From NCBI GenBank assembly GCA_937862845.1, contig CALMCK010000059.1, positions 1-57,924 on the forward strand: a DNA stretch of 57,924 nucleotides. Direction: 5' to 3'. The DNA comes from an uncultured Burkholderiaceae bacterium (GTDB lineage: Bacteria; Pseudomonadota; Gammaproteobacteria; Burkholderiales; Burkholderiaceae). Positions within the stretch are counted from its first letter, which is position 1. Each line of letters begins with the position of its first letter. Both the position numbers and the translations under genes were made by a program. Under the pieces are notes generated by a model that saw only the letters and a program-made list of their open reading frames with translations, did not search any database and had not been told where the DNA came from. Of this stretch, positions 41,363 to 52,295 are shown piece by piece.

Positions 41363-42378
41363 CACACATCATAACCCGTCGGATTTTGGCTCTGCCAACG
41401 CCACGCATCGCGACACATGTCCTCGATGCTGTGTTGCGTTTTAAACCCCAGCACCGCTTGTGCACGAGTGGGATCTGCATACACCGAGGCGAGATCGCCC
41501 GCACGGCGCGGCGCTATTTGATAAGCGACACGACGCCCCGACACCTGCTCAAAAGCACGCAGCATTTCCAACACCGTCACCGCTTGCCCCGTTCCCAGAT
41601 TCAACGTGGTTGACTCCTGACCACTGAGCAAATACGCCAAAGCCAACACATGCCCACGCGCCAAATCCATGACGTGAATATAATCACGCTCGCCCGTGCC
41701 ATCGCGTGTGTCGTAGTCATCGCCATACACCGAGAGCTTCTCGCGCAGACCCACTGCGACTTGCTGCACATACGGCATGAGGTTGTTCGGCACACCACTC
41801 GGATGCTCCCCGATGAGACCCGATGGATGCGCCCCCACAGGATTGAAGTAACGCAACATCGCATAACGCAATCCCACATCGGCGCGCGCCAAATCCGCCA
41901 CAATGTGCTCCATCATGACTTTAGATTGGCCATACGGATTGCTGGCACTGATGGGCGCATCCTCACCCATGGGCGAGATGCCTTGCGCGCCATAGACTGT
42001 GGCGGATGAGCTCAGTACGATGCGCGACACCCCCGCGTTTTGCATCGCTTGCAACACGCTGATGAGGCCTGTGACATTGTTGTGGTAATACGCCAAAGGT
42101 TGCGCCACAGATTCGCCAACCGCTTTGAGTGCTGCGAAATGTATGACCGCATCAATGCGCTGCTCGCGCAACACCCGCTCAACAGCGGACGCATCCAACA
42201 CACTCGCTTCAATCAATAAAGGGCGGACGCCCGTGATGCGTTCAATGCGGTCAATCACAATCGGTGAGCTGTTGATGAAATTATCCAGCAGCACCACCGT
42301 GTCGCCACGCTCAATCAGCGCGACAGCGGTGTGCGAGCCGATGTAGCCTGCGCCGCCAGTGAGAAGTATGTTGCTCAT
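41362..42378 (-). CDS. galE: UDP-glucose 4-epimerase
   Basis: LTGGAGYIGSH, HFAALKAVGES, SSSATVYG, YGQSK, LRYFNPVGAH, PNNLMP. Start at ATG 42378. Confidence 0.97.
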   Translation of the reverse strand: MSNILLTGGAGYIGSHTAVALIERGDTVVLLDNFINSSPIVIDRIERITGVRPLLIEASVLDASAVERVLREQRIDAVIHFAALKAVGESVAQPLAYYHNNVTGLISVLQAMQNAGVSRIVLSSSATVYGAQGISPMGEDAPISASNPYGQSKVMMEHIVADLARADVGLRYAMLRYFNPVGAHPSGLIGEHPSGVPNNLMPYVQQVAVGLREKLSVYGDDYDTRDGTGERDYIHVMDLARGHVLALAYLLSGQESTTLNLGTGQAVTVLEMLRAFEQVSGRRVAYQIAPRRAGDLASVYADPTRAQAVLGFKTQHSIEDMCRDAWRWQSQNPTGYDV

Positions 42379-42565
42379 AGAATCCTTTTTTAGAAATACC
42401 GCACAGAAATTTTCACAACTGCAGTGAATTTTTTTGTAGCCGTCCTGATTTATTTTGCCACAAACACCAGAATTGCCACAATCTGCTGCGGGCTTTTGCG
42501 TAAAATACACATGACATATTTGACCACCATTTTACCCAAAACCCACGCAACATCCACCAACATCT

Positions 42566-43375
42566 ATGAAATCTGACACCAGCCCACCCAATATTTACCT
42601 CATCGGCGACGTTCAAGGCTGCTCGAAGGCACTGCGCGCATTGCTCAAGCAAATTCCGCCAGATGCGCAGCTGTGGTTCTGTGGCGATTTAATCAACCGC
42701 GGTCCCGATTCATTGGGTGTGCTTCAGCAAGTTCATGCATTGGGCGAACGCGCTCGGGTGGTGCTGGGCAATCATGACATCCACCTCATCGCGGTCGCGG
42801 CGGGTGCCCGCACATTGAGTCAGTCCGACACTTTGGACGAGATTCTCGCATCGCCCGATAGGGATTTTTGGCTCGACTGGTTGCGCCACCTGCCGCTGGC
42901 GGTCTATGAGCACGGCGTATTGATGGTGCATGCGGGGGTTCTGCCGGAGTGGCGTTTGGACGATGTGCTCAATCATGCACATGAGTTAGAAGACATGCTG
43001 CAAAGCGATGATTGCGAAAGTCGCCTGCAAACTTTATTTGGCAATGAGCCCAATGCGTGGCACGACGACTTAGAAGGCGACGAGCGTCTGCGCGTCATCA
43101 CCAATGTATTCACCCGCATGCGCACATTGAATGCGGACCACAGCTTGGATTTTTCGTTCAAAAGCGTGTTGTCCGATCTGCCAAAGCATCTCACACCGTG
43201 GTTTGCCGTTCGACCACGCGCCAGCGGCGACACGCCAATTTTTTTCGGCCACTGGTCGGCATTGGGGCTGCACACATTTGCAAACACCACCTGCCTCGAC
43301 ACAGGCTGCGTCTGGGGTCGAGACCTGAGTGCCTATCACTATCCCAGCGGACGCATCCTCACCGCGCGTGAGTAA
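42566..43375 (+). CDS. apaH: Symmetrical bis(5'-nucleosyl)-tetraphosphatase
   Basis: IGDVQGC, GDLINRGPDS, LGNHD, VHAG, FTRMR, FGHWSALG, LDTGCVWG. Confidence 0.96.
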   Translation: MKSDTSPPNIYLIGDVQGCSKALRALLKQIPPDAQLWFCGDLINRGPDSLGVLQQVHALGERARVVLGNHDIHLIAVAAGARTLSQSDTLDEILASPDRDFWLDWLRHLPLAVYEHGVLMVHAGVLPEWRLDDVLNHAHELEDMLQSDDCESRLQTLFGNEPNAWHDDLEGDERLRVITNVFTRMRTLNADHSLDFSFKSVLSDLPKHLTPWFAVRPRASGDTPIFFGHWSALGLHTFANTTCLDTGCVWGRDLSAYHYPSGRILTARE

Positions 43376-43391
43376 TCACAGCAGACCATCC

Positions 43392-44066
43392 ATGGGTTTC
43401 CACACATCCACCATTAAACTCGCCGACAGTCGCCGCCACGGCGCAGGCACAGAGCTGTTCATTGTCGAGGGTGACTCTGCCGCGAGCGCCGTGGCGGCGT
43501 TGCGCGACTCAAACACCCAAGCAGTGTTGCCCATGCAAGGCAAACCACTGAACGCCATTAAAGCGGGCCCTGCCAAAGTGCAGGCCTATGGTTTGTTTCG
43601 TGCGCTCAATGACTGTTTGGTCGAGACACCGACCGCCGATTTATTTGCCAGCAGCGCGCCGCGTTTTGAACGCATCATTTTGTTGTTTGACCCCGATGCC
43701 GACGGCATTCACAGCAGCGCACTGATGCTCATGTATTTTTATCAATACTTGCGCCCATGGCTCGACTCTGGAAAAGTCGAATTGATTCACGCGCCGTGGC
43801 TACAAATCACTGTGGCCGAGCGCAGTGAACCTGTTTATGCGTATTCGGAAGCGCACAGTCAAGCATTGCTCACCGACTTGCGCGCACAAAACGTGGCATG
43901 CCAAATCGTGCGCTATCGCGGACTGGCAGGGATTGATGGCAAAACACTGTTTGAGAAATGTATTTCACCCGCGACGAGACGCACGCGGGTGATGTCAGCA
44001 GCGGATGCACTCGCCGCGATTGAGGTGTTTGGTGGCGCTCCAAAACGCGCGGCCCCAGTCAAATGA
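43392..44066 (+). CDS. Stand-alone type IIA topoisomerase B-subunit TOPRIM/C-terminal domain protein (GyrB/ParE-like, no ATPase)
   Basis: KLADS, ELFIVEGDSA, QAVLPMQGKPLN, IILLFDPDADGIH, RYRGL...SPATR. Start at ATG 43392 or GTG 43368. Confidence 0.9.
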   Translation: MGFHTSTIKLADSRRHGAGTELFIVEGDSAASAVAALRDSNTQAVLPMQGKPLNAIKAGPAKVQAYGLFRALNDCLVETPTADLFASSAPRFERIILLFDPDADGIHSSALMLMYFYQYLRPWLDSGKVELIHAPWLQITVAERSEPVYAYSEAHSQALLTDLRAQNVACQIVRYRGLAGIDGKTLFEKCISPATRRTRVMSAADALAAIEVFGGAPKRAAPVK

Positions 44067-44094
44067 CAATTGATTCGACAAGGCTCATGCCCAA

Positions 44095-44892
44095 TTAAAC
44101 CCCACGTTGCATCTGCTCATAGGTTTCCGCAGACATCACGTCCTGACCGAGTGCGCGCGCGACAGCCTCTTGTGTGGCTTTGGCCAGCTCTTGCCGCTGT
44201 GTGTATTGTGCGGCGGGGATGATGGGGCAAAAATGCACATTGGCGGTCAAGCCAATGTTTGAGGCCAGCAACCAAAAACTGCCCAATAAACTGGTGTCGC
44301 CCGCATATGAAGCCACTTGGCTGTGCCGACCATCTTTGGAGTACGACACGCCGACGGGATAAATATGCAGCGCACTCTCTATCGCGGGCTGAAACAAGTT
44401 GCTTTTAAAGGGCAACACATACGTGCCATCTGTAGTGGTGCCTTCGGCATACAGACCAATCAATTCACCATTGCTCGCCGCTTGACTGATTTCTTTATTG
44501 GTTTTAGAAATCATGTGTCGATTGCCGCGCTCGACATACAGTGTGCCCGCGCTGGAAACCAATGCACCCAACAGAGGCCATTTTTTAATTTCTGATTTGG
44601 CGATAAAGCGTGTTGGCTGAATCGCATTGGTGACAAAAATATCCAACCACGAACTGTGATTGCTCACCAGCAAGCCTCGCATGGGCAGCTGAACCGGCGC
44701 GCGCGCCACATTCACCCGCACGCCCAACACCCTCAATAAAATTCTCGACCAACCACGAATGAAATTTTGACGCAAACCCCATCGCATGAAGCGAAAAAAC
44801 AAGAAGGTCAAAAGCAAACCAATCAACACGTGTAACAAAAACACAGTCAATCGCACCACGCCAACCACGCTGCCCAATACATTCATATCCAC
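44095..44892 (-). CDS. 1-acyl-sn-glycerol-3-phosphate acyltransferase family protein
   Basis: SNHSSWLD, FIAKSEI..WP, AEGTTTDG, PFKSNLF. Confidence 0.92.
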   Translation of the reverse strand: MDMNVLGSVVGVVRLTVFLLHVLIGLLLTFLFFRFMRWGLRQNFIRGWSRILLRVLGVRVNVARAPVQLPMRGLLVSNHSSWLDIFVTNAIQPTRFIAKSEIKKWPLLGALVSSAGTLYVERGNRHMISKTNKEISQAASNGELIGLYAEGTTTDGTYVLPFKSNLFQPAIESALHIYPVGVSYSKDGRHSQVASYAGDTSLLGSFWLLASNIGLTANVHFCPIIPAAQYTQRQELAKATQEAVARALGQDVMSAETYEQMQRGV

Positions 44893-44904
44893 TCATCCAA
44901 TCAA

Positions 44905-46200
44905 TTAAACAACCGCGTACACCACGCGACCACTGACCAATGTCGCTGTGACAGAGGCGGGCAACTCATAAGCCAAAAACGGTGTGTTGCTGTGGCCACC
45001 ACGAATCACATCGCTCGTTAATGTCCAATCCGCCGCTTCATCAAACACCACCAAATCGGCGTGGGCACCGACCTGCCACAGCGGCTCAGGCAAACCAAGC
45101 ACGCGATAGGCGCGTGACACGGCACTCGACAATGTCACCGCCAAATCGACGCGCTCCTCGCGCGCCACTTTGACCAACAAAGAAATCAACCACTGCACAC
45201 CGAGCGCACCCGCTTGCGCGAGACCGACGGGCAAATCTTTCGCATCGGCATCCACCGCTGTGTGGTCAGACACCACCACATCAATCGTGCCATCGAGCAC
45301 GGCTGCACGCAATGCGGCGCGATCGCTGGATGTGCGCAGCGGCGGATTGAACACAAACTGGCTGTCAAAATAACCCATGTCCGTGTCGACCAAATGCAAA
45401 TGATGCACATTGACATCACAGCTCACATTGAGGCCTTCTGCTTTGGCGGTGCGAATCAGGTCAACCGCACGTGCAGACGAAATCCGACACACATGCACGC
45501 GCGGCGCGGCATTGCCCATGCCGCGCAGAAGCTCAAATAAAGTATAAAGCGCAACGGTTTCTGCCGCCACTGCCACACCCGACAAACCCAAACGCGAGGC
45601 ATAAGCACCCGATGCGGCGTAGGCATCTTCGCCCTGCCCCAAATAATAATCCTGCGCGCGCAGCCAGACGGGCAAATTAAAACTCGCGGCATATTGCAAT
45701 GCACGCTGCAAAACTTTGGTGTTTTGAATCGTCACGTCGGCTTGCGAGAATGCCACACAACCGTGTTGCGCCAAACTCGCCATCGGCGCGAGCAGCTCGC
45801 CTTGCAAGCCTTGCGTCAATGCGCCAATCGGATACACGTGTGACAAGCCGAGCGCATCGCTGCGTGAGGTAAGCAAAGTCACCAAACTCGACTCATCCAA
45901 AATCGGCGAGGCATCGGGCAACACCGCCACATGCGTCACGCCACCTGCGACGGCGCCATTGAGCACATCGGCCATCACATTGTAGCGGTGCCCACCTTTG
46001 GCCGAAAAACGTGTCGCCAAATCCGCCAAGCCAAAGCTGATGCAAGCGCCCGCACCGTCAATCACGGTTTGCGCCACGAAGCCTTCGGGCTGTTGACCCA
46101 CGCCCGCAATTTTTTCATCGATGACATACACATCACTGAATTTTTTGTCGGTGTGACTGGCGTGCACCAGCCGCACATTTTTAATCAATACATGGTTCAT
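44905..46200 (-). CDS. pyrC: Dihydroorotase-like protein, probably the non-catalytic PyrC' (ATCase scaffold)
   Basis: DHOase fold (AGGVT, NPPLR, SDH). The metal-binding DxHxH is replaced by DLATR. Overlaps pyrB. Confidence 0.88.
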   Translation of the reverse strand: MNHVLIKNVRLVHASHTDKKFSDVYVIDEKIAGVGQQPEGFVAQTVIDGAGACISFGLADLATRFSAKGGHRYNVMADVLNGAVAGGVTHVAVLPDASPILDESSLVTLLTSRSDALGLSHVYPIGALTQGLQGELLAPMASLAQHGCVAFSQADVTIQNTKVLQRALQYAASFNLPVWLRAQDYYLGQGEDAYAASGAYASRLGLSGVAVAAETVALYTLFELLRGMGNAAPRVHVCRISSARAVDLIRTAKAEGLNVSCDVNVHHLHLVDTDMGYFDSQFVFNPPLRTSSDRAALRAAVLDGTIDVVVSDHTAVDADAKDLPVGLAQAGALGVQWLISLLVKVAREERVDLAVTLSSAVSRAYRVLGLPEPLWQVGAHADLVVFDEAADWTLTSDVIRGGHSNTPFLAYELPASVTATLVSGRVVYAVV

Positions 46201-47216
46201 GCGCCCGTCCCTCCCGCTAAAATCGCCATCACGGCCATGCGTGCGGCGATGCCGAAACTCACCTGCGGCAAAATCACGGCCTGCGCACCATCGGCCACTT
46301 CTGACGCGATTTCCACACCTCGGTTAATCGGTCCGGGATGCATGACAATCGCATCAGGCTTGGCATAAGCGAGCTTCTCGCGTGTCAAGCCGTAGTGGGC
46401 GAAATACTCAGATTCCGATGGCAGCAGTGCGCCGTGCATGCGTTCTTTTTGTAGGCGCAGCATGATGACCACATCGACGTCCTTTAAACCTTTTTTCATG
46501 TCGTGGTAGACGTGCACACCGAGCTCTGCCAACCCATGCGGCAACAAAGTCTGCGGTGCAATCACGCGCACTTCGGGCACGCCCAACGTGGTGAGCGCAT
46601 GAATGTCTGAGCGCGCGACACGTGAATGCAAAATATCACCAACAATCGCCACGCGCAGCTGCGTGAAGTCTTTTTTATAGTGCCGTATCGTCAACATGTC
46701 GAGCAAACCCTGTGTCGGGTGCGCGTGTTGACCATCGCCTGCATTAATGATGTGAATGTCTTTGCGGCCAATGCGGTTTAAGTGTTGCGCCATTAAATAC
46801 GGCGCACCGCTTTCGCTGTGGCGCACGACAAACATATCGGCGTGCATCGCGGCGAGATTGTCCATGGTGTCGAGCAGCGTCTCGCCTTTGCTGGTCGATG
46901 ATGCTTCGATGTTGAGATTGACCACGTCAGCGGAGAGTCGCTTCGCCGCGATTTCAAAAGTGGTGCGCGTTCGTGTGGAGTTTTCAAAGAAAATATTGAA
47001 CACCGATTTACCGCGCAGCAAGGGGACTTTTTTCACATCCTGATCGGTCAAGGACATGAAGGATTCGGCGGTGTCTAAAATGTGGTGCAAGGTCTCGCGT
47101 GACACCCCTTCGAGCGTGAGCAAATGCTGCAGTCGGCCGCTTGCGTCCATCTGCGGGTTGCGGCTGTTGCGCGCAGCGGCCCACGGCACCGGTGGTGGCG
47201 TATAAATCTCACTCAT
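46197..47216 (-). CDS. pyrB: Aspartate carbamoyltransferase catalytic subunit
   Basis: [48 protein letters not shown]. Confidence 0.98.
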   Translation of the reverse strand: MSEIYTPPPVPWAAARNSRNPQMDASGRLQHLLTLEGVSRETLHHILDTAESFMSLTDQDVKKVPLLRGKSVFNIFFENSTRTRTTFEIAAKRLSADVVNLNIEASSTSKGETLLDTMDNLAAMHADMFVVRHSESGAPYLMAQHLNRIGRKDIHIINAGDGQHAHPTQGLLDMLTIRHYKKDFTQLRVAIVGDILHSRVARSDIHALTTLGVPEVRVIAPQTLLPHGLAELGVHVYHDMKKGLKDVDVVIMLRLQKERMHGALLPSESEYFAHYGLTREKLAYAKPDAIVMHPGPINRGVEIASEVADGAQAVILPQVSFGIAARMAVMAILAGGTGA

Positions 47217-47764
47217 GCAGTCACTCCCTCAACATCCGCGCGCAAAGGCACTCGAAAACAAAAACGGTGGTGCTCATCGCGTTCCAGCACCAGTTTATAA
47301 ACAGGGTCAAAATCGCCAACACCACCGACCCACTGTGCCGCCATCGGCAGCTCGCGGCCACCTCGGTCAAACAACACCGCCAAGTCAACTCGGCGCGCGC
47401 GTCCAAAATCAAAAATCTCATTGAGCGCCGCGCGCACACTTCGACCGCTGTTGAGCACATCGTCGCACAGCAGCACATCGCGGTCGTTCAAATCAACGGG
47501 CACATCGGTGGTTTTCACATTGGAGCGAATGCCCACCATCGCGAAATCATCTCGATAAAAAGAAATGTCAATCGTGCCGAACGGCTCGGTTAAATTCAAA
47601 TCAGCGTGCAAGCGCTCTGCCAACCACGCACCGCCTCGATGCACACCGATGAGCACGGGTGGCTGTTCGGCAGTTTCAATTTGCGCGCGCACTTGCGCGA
47701 GCAATTGTCCATACAGATGCTCGGCATCGGGAATCGGCGTGGTGGGTGTGTTGAATGAGTTCAT
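47213..47764 (-). CDS. pyrR: Bifunctional pyr regulator/uracil phosphoribosyltransferase PyrR
   Basis: [30 protein letters not shown]. Confidence 0.93.
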   Translation of the reverse strand: MNSFNTPTTPIPDAEHLYGQLLAQVRAQIETAEQPPVLIGVHRGGAWLAERLHADLNLTEPFGTIDISFYRDDFAMVGIRSNVKTTDVPVDLNDRDVLLCDDVLNSGRSVRAALNEIFDFGRARRVDLAVLFDRGGRELPMAAQWVGGVGDFDPVYKLVLERDEHHRFCFRVPLRADVEGVTA

Positions 47765-48171
47765 ACAGAGTCCAAGTATTGTTGCAAAATCACCGCCGCC
47801 GCTTTGTCGTCCTGTGGCACGGCGCGGATTTTTCCATCGGCGCGGCGTTGGTTGGTTGTGCCGAGCACCGCAGAAGAATAACGCTCGTCCACTTCAACCA
47901 CGAGGACATTAAATGCCTCGCGCAGCTGTGCCGCAAAGGCCAAACACGCGGCAGTCATCGCATGCGGCGTGTCGTCGGGCTGACGAGGAATGCCGAGTGC
48001 GATGGTGTTGGGTTGCCATTCGTTGATGAGCTTTTTGACAGCTGCTATGACCTGCGCATCGTCGCTGCGCTCAATGATGAGCAGCGGCTCGGCACTTTTT
48101 GTGAGTGTGTTGCCAACTGCGACACCGACGCGTTTGCGTCCGTAGTCGATGCCGATGACCGTCGCGACCAT
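47761..48171 (-). CDS. ruvX: YqgF/RuvX pre-16S rRNA processing nuclease
   Basis: GIDYGRKRVGVA, VDERYSS, DKAAAVILQQY. Confidence 0.94.
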   Translation of the reverse strand: MVATVIGIDYGRKRVGVAVGNTLTKSAEPLLIIERSDDAQVIAAVKKLINEWQPNTIALGIPRQPDDTPHAMTAACLAFAAQLREAFNVLVVEVDERYSSAVLGTTNQRRADGKIRAVPQDDKAAAVILQQYLDSV

Positions 48172-48788
48172 CAGGCGTGACCCGCTTGGTCAGACAACAT
48201 CGCTTCATCGAAACCCAACAAGCGCATCGCTTGATTGTAGCGTTCGCGCGGCAAGGTCTCAAACAAAACATGCTCGTCCGCGGTCACGTTAAGCCATGCA
48301 TTGCGCGCCAGCTCATCCTCAAGTTGACCCGCACCCCAGCCCGCATAACCCAGCGCAAGCAACATGTGCTCAGGCCCTTCGCCACGCGCGACGTCCTCGA
48401 GGATGTCACGCGAGCTGGTCAGGCCGAGGTTGTCCGTGATTTGTATCGTGGCGGCGTATTGGTGAAACGGCGAGTGCAGCACAAAGCCGCGCTCGGTTTG
48501 CACAGGTCCGCCGACCAAAACGGTTTCATTGGCATGCGCGACATACTGTATCGACATGTCATCGACCACCGCGAGTTTGGTCAACACATCCGAAATCGTC
48601 ACATCCGAGCTGCGGTTGACCACAATGCCCAGTGCACCACTCGCATTGTGCTCGCAGACATACACCACGGTGCGCTCAAACGCATCGCCAAGCTGGCTGG
48701 GCATGGCGATGAGAAATTGACCGACCAAATTAAGCGGCATGGCGGGCGATGGGGGTGTTTGCGTGGCGGATGTGTTCATGGGCATCAT
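48171..48788 (-). CDS. YqgE/AlgH family protein
   Basis: FLIAMP, GGPVQTERGFVLH, LGYAGWGAGQLEDE, GHA C-terminus. Confidence 0.95.
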   Translation of the reverse strand: MMPMNTSATQTPPSPAMPLNLVGQFLIAMPSQLGDAFERTVVYVCEHNASGALGIVVNRSSDVTISDVLTKLAVVDDMSIQYVAHANETVLVGGPVQTERGFVLHSPFHQYAATIQITDNLGLTSSRDILEDVARGEGPEHMLLALGYAGWGAGQLEDELARNAWLNVTADEHVLFETLPRERYNQAMRLLGFDEAMLSDQAGHA

Positions 48789-48807
48789 TTTACCGTAATT
48801 TCGACGG

Positions 48808-48839
48808 ATTGAACGCCCTGCGTGGGCAGGGCGTTCAAT
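48808..48839. terminator. 14-bp perfect hairpin between barstar and yqgE
   Basis: ATTGAACGCCCTGC-GTGG-GCAGGGCGTTCAAT. Confidence 0.55.
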
Positions 48840-48878
48840 TAATTTTCATTCATCGCAGACCTCTCCAAACCGCTCTCG

Positions 48879-49268
48879 CTAAACCACCCACCACAGGATT
48901 GTGACAGCCACGCCAGCGGCATCGCTCATGGCGTCTTGCAAGGTGTCTTTGATTGAAAACCACTGTTTTTGTTGCGCCACACTGCTTTTAATCAACCAGA
49001 CCTGTGGTGGCATCTCTGGGCGGGCCGCCGCTGCTCGCTCGCTGGCCACATCGTACAACGCGTCCAGATTGCTGCCGAAATAATCAGGGAAACCCAAGCG
49101 GGTCGCCATCACGGCCAGTGCGTCAAATGCGCTGGTCGCCTCGCGCCAATCAATCACGACCACATCCGCGCCAATCTCATCGACACACACCCGCAAAGTC
49201 TCGCCCAACTCTTCTGTGTGAATCTCGCGCATTTTGCCCGCCGTGCGGCTCCAAATGTCATCGCTCAT
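48879..49268 (-). CDS. Barstar family RNase inhibitor
   Basis: LGFPDYFGSNLDALYD motif; ATGA overlap with the RNase gene. Confidence 0.85.
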   Translation of the reverse strand: MSDDIWSRTAGKMREIHTEELGETLRVCVDEIGADVVVIDWREATSAFDALAVMATRLGFPDYFGSNLDALYDVASERAAAARPEMPPQVWLIKSSVAQQKQWFSIKDTLQDAMSDAAGVAVTILWWVV

Positions 49269-49783
49269 GGTTTAACCCTTAAAAAACTGCGGTAATGGTC
49301 TGACGTGTAGTAGTACTCGCCACTGCTCGCCACATCGCCTGTGCTGCCCTGACCCGCGATGATGCGGCGCGCGCCGCGATCGCTACTGTTGGGTGTGATG
49401 ACGGTGTACTCGCGGTAATAGCCTTTGGGCTGATACGGCAGTAATTTTTCGCGATTGCCAAACACCGAGCCATCTTTGCTGTAGGGAAAACGGCCACGCG
49501 CTTTAATCGTGTCAATCACCTGTTGCGCCTCGACGGGCAACTGGTGGTAGGCGATGCCGCTGCTGTTATCGGTGTTGTTGTCCGCACGCTGGTTTGCGCT
49601 GCGCTCTTTTTTTGACTCGGCACCACGTGGCGGATTGGCCGATTGCTGTTGGGTCGTGATCGTGTTTTGCGCGTGCGCTGGCACTGCGGGTGCATCTTTG
49701 CGCCAGCCATTGCAAGCCGTGACAATCACCATCACGAGCACAACACACAACAACGCGCGCCAGCCGTAACTGCGTTTTAACAT
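49265..49783 (-). CDS. Guanyl-specific ribonuclease (RNase Sa/barnase family), predicted lipoprotein
   Basis: Lipobox IVTAC; FPYSKDGSVFGNREKLLP, YYREYTV, RGARRI, YYTSDHYRSF. Confidence 0.92.
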   Translation of the reverse strand: MLKRSYGWRALLCVVLVMVIVTACNGWRKDAPAVPAHAQNTITTQQQSANPPRGAESKKERSANQRADNNTDNSSGIAYHQLPVEAQQVIDTIKARGRFPYSKDGSVFGNREKLLPYQPKGYYREYTVITPNSSDRGARRIIAGQGSTGDVASSGEYYYTSDHYRSFLRVKP

Positions 49784-49863
49784 GAAGCATTTCCTAAATG
49801 ACGGTTGGGGTCAGCGACAAAAAACATCTCGGCTCTTGCCAAAGCGACGCACACAAGCCCGCA

Positions 49864-52173
49864 TCAACTTGCATTGACATTGCCGAAATTCGCTTGAACC
49901 ACGGCCAGCGCGACCATGTTGACAATGCGTCGAACCGTCGATGACGGCGTGAGCACATGCACAGGCTTGGCGGCACCGAGTAAAAACGGACCGACGGCGA
50001 CGTTGCGCCCCGATGCTGTTTTTAACAAATTGTACGAAATGTTGGCGGCATCGATGTTGGGCAAAACCAATAAATTCGCTTCGCCCGTGAGCGTGGAATT
50101 CGGCATGATCTCGCCGCGCATGATAGGATCAAGCGCCACATCGCCATGCATTTCACCATCGACTTCGAGCTCTGGCGCGCGCTCGCGCAGCAGTTGATAC
50201 GTGGCGCGCATTTTTAGCGCAGATGGTGCATTGCTTGAGCCAAAATTCGAATGCGAGAGCAAAGCGACGCGCGGCACGAAGCCGAGACGGCGCATTTCTT
50301 GAGCAGCCATGAGTGTGATTTCAGCGAGCTGCTCTGCGCTCGGGTCGTGGTTGACGTGGGTATCGACGAGAAACACCTGACGACCGGGCAACATCAAACC
50401 ATTCATCGCGGCATACACGCTGGCACCTGACTTGCGCCCGATCACTTGATCGATGAATTTCATGTGCAAATCCGTCATGCCAAAAGTGCCACAAATCATC
50501 GCGTCGGCATCGCCATTGCGCACCATCATGCTGCCAATCAATGTGCTGCGTCGGCGCATTTCGAGGCGGGCATAGTCTTTGGTCACGCCCTGTCGTTCTG
50601 TGAGTGCCAGATAGTTTTTCCAATACTCATGGTAACGCTCATCATGGTCGGGGTTGATGTATTCATAATCAACGCCTGCTTTCAAGCGCAATCCAAAACG
50701 CTCCAAGCGTTGTTCAATCACGGCGGGACGACCGACGAGAATCGGCTTGCAAATCGCCTCATCGACCAACACCTGCACAGCGCGCAACACGCGCTCGTCT
50801 TCTCCCTCGGCGAGCACGACGCGGGTGCCGTTTTCTTTGGTGTATTTTTTCGCCAAGCTGAACACGGGCTTCATGAATGTGCCGCTGTGGTAAACGAATT
50901 GTTGCAACGACTCAATATACGCATCCATGTCGGCAATCGGACGCGTGGCGACACCCGAATCCATCGCGGCTTGCGCGACTGCGGGCGCAATTTTAACAAT
51001 CAAACGCGGGTCAAATGGTTTGGGAATCAAATACTCGCGGCCAAAACTTAAGTTCTGAATGCCATACGCAGAGGCGACCACATCGGATTGCTCTTGTTTG
51101 GCCAAATCAGCGACGGCCTTAACAGCGGCCACTTCCATTTCACGCGTGATGGTCGTCGCCCCCACATCAAGCGCACCACGGAAAATAAATGGAAAGCACA
51201 AAACATTGTTCACTTGATTCGGATAATCCGTGCGTCCCGTGGCGATAATCGCATCGGGGCGTACTTCTTGCACCAGCTCTGGTAAAATCTCTGGGGTCGG
51301 ATTCGCCAACACAAACACCAACGGATCGCTCGCCATCTTTGCCACCATGTCTTGCTTGACCACACCCGCAGCAGAGAGGCCGAGCAAAATATCCGCGCCG
51401 TCAATCACCTCGCTCAACGTGCGTTGGTCGGTATCTTTCGCGAATTTTTCTTTGTCCTCATCCATCAGCTCGACGCGACCTGTGTAGACCACACCCGCTA
51501 AATCGGTCACCCAAATGTTTTCAATCGGCATGCCCAAATCGACCAACAAATCCAAACACGCCAACGCCGCCGCACCTGCGCCCGACGCGACCAGTTTCAC
51601 TTTTTTAAGGTCTTTGCCGACCACATCCAAACCATTCATAATCGCCGCGCCGACCACGATGGCCGTGCCGTGTTGATCGTCATGAAACACAGGGATGCTC
51701 ATGCGCTCGCGCAATTTTCGCTCGACATAAAAGCAATCGGGCGCTTTGATGTCCTCTAAATTTATCCCACCAAACGTCGGCTCCAACGCCGCAATGATTT
51801 CGACCAGCTTCTCAGGATCTGGCTCATTCAACTCAATGTCAAACACATCAATGCCCGCAAATTTTTTAAACAAAACGCCTTTACCCTCCATCACAGGCTT
51901 GCTGGCGAGCGGGCCGATATTGCCCAAACCGAGCACTGCGGTGCCATTGGTCACCACGCCGACCAGATTACCGCGCGCGGTGTAGCGCACTGCATTGGCG
52001 GGGTCTTTGACGATTTCCTCACAGGCGAACGCCACACCAGGCGAATACGCCAGCGCCAAATCATGTTGGTTGATTAAATTTTTGGTCGGCTGCACCGCGA
52101 TTTTACCCGGCACTGGGAACTCGTGATAATCCAGTGCGGCTTGGCGAAACGCGTCGTTGGTGTGTTTGGTCAT
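49864..52173 (-). CDS. maeB: NADP-dependent malic enzyme with PTA-like C-domain
   Basis: [42 protein letters not shown]. Start at ATG 52173 after AGGAG. Confidence 0.97.
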   Translation of the reverse strand: MTKHTNDAFRQAALDYHEFPVPGKIAVQPTKNLINQHDLALAYSPGVAFACEEIVKDPANAVRYTARGNLVGVVTNGTAVLGLGNIGPLASKPVMEGKGVLFKKFAGIDVFDIELNEPDPEKLVEIIAALEPTFGGINLEDIKAPDCFYVERKLRERMSIPVFHDDQHGTAIVVGAAIMNGLDVVGKDLKKVKLVASGAGAAALACLDLLVDLGMPIENIWVTDLAGVVYTGRVELMDEDKEKFAKDTDQRTLSEVIDGADILLGLSAAGVVKQDMVAKMASDPLVFVLANPTPEILPELVQEVRPDAIIATGRTDYPNQVNNVLCFPFIFRGALDVGATTITREMEVAAVKAVADLAKQEQSDVVASAYGIQNLSFGREYLIPKPFDPRLIVKIAPAVAQAAMDSGVATRPIADMDAYIESLQQFVYHSGTFMKPVFSLAKKYTKENGTRVVLAEGEDERVLRAVQVLVDEAICKPILVGRPAVIEQRLERFGLRLKAGVDYEYINPDHDERYHEYWKNYLALTERQGVTKDYARLEMRRRSTLIGSMMVRNGDADAMICGTFGMTDLHMKFIDQVIGRKSGASVYAAMNGLMLPGRQVFLVDTHVNHDPSAEQLAEITLMAAQEMRRLGFVPRVALLSHSNFGSSNAPSALKMRATYQLLRERAPELEVDGEMHGDVALDPIMRGEIMPNSTLTGEANLLVLPNIDAANISYNLLKTASGRNVAVGPFLLGAAKPVHVLTPSSTVRRIVNMVALAVVQANFGNVNAS

Positions 52174-52295
52174 GACATCTCCTTTGGCGATTTTTTTCCA
52201 TTTTACGCCAATTGAAGCGTTCACAACATTGGTTTCGCATGCCTTTTTTTTAAAACCGTGGCATCATGTCGCAGACATCCCTTTGAATAAACACC

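Noticed and set aside
42455-42481. TTGCCACAA direct repeat in the galE-apaH divergent spacer
   Set aside because: Only two 9-mers; cannot be told apart from chance or assigned to a regulator.
44905-46200. Dihydroorotase lacking metal-binding histidines as a pseudogene
   Set aside because: The ORF is intact, and an inactive PyrC' partner of ATCase is an established arrangement.
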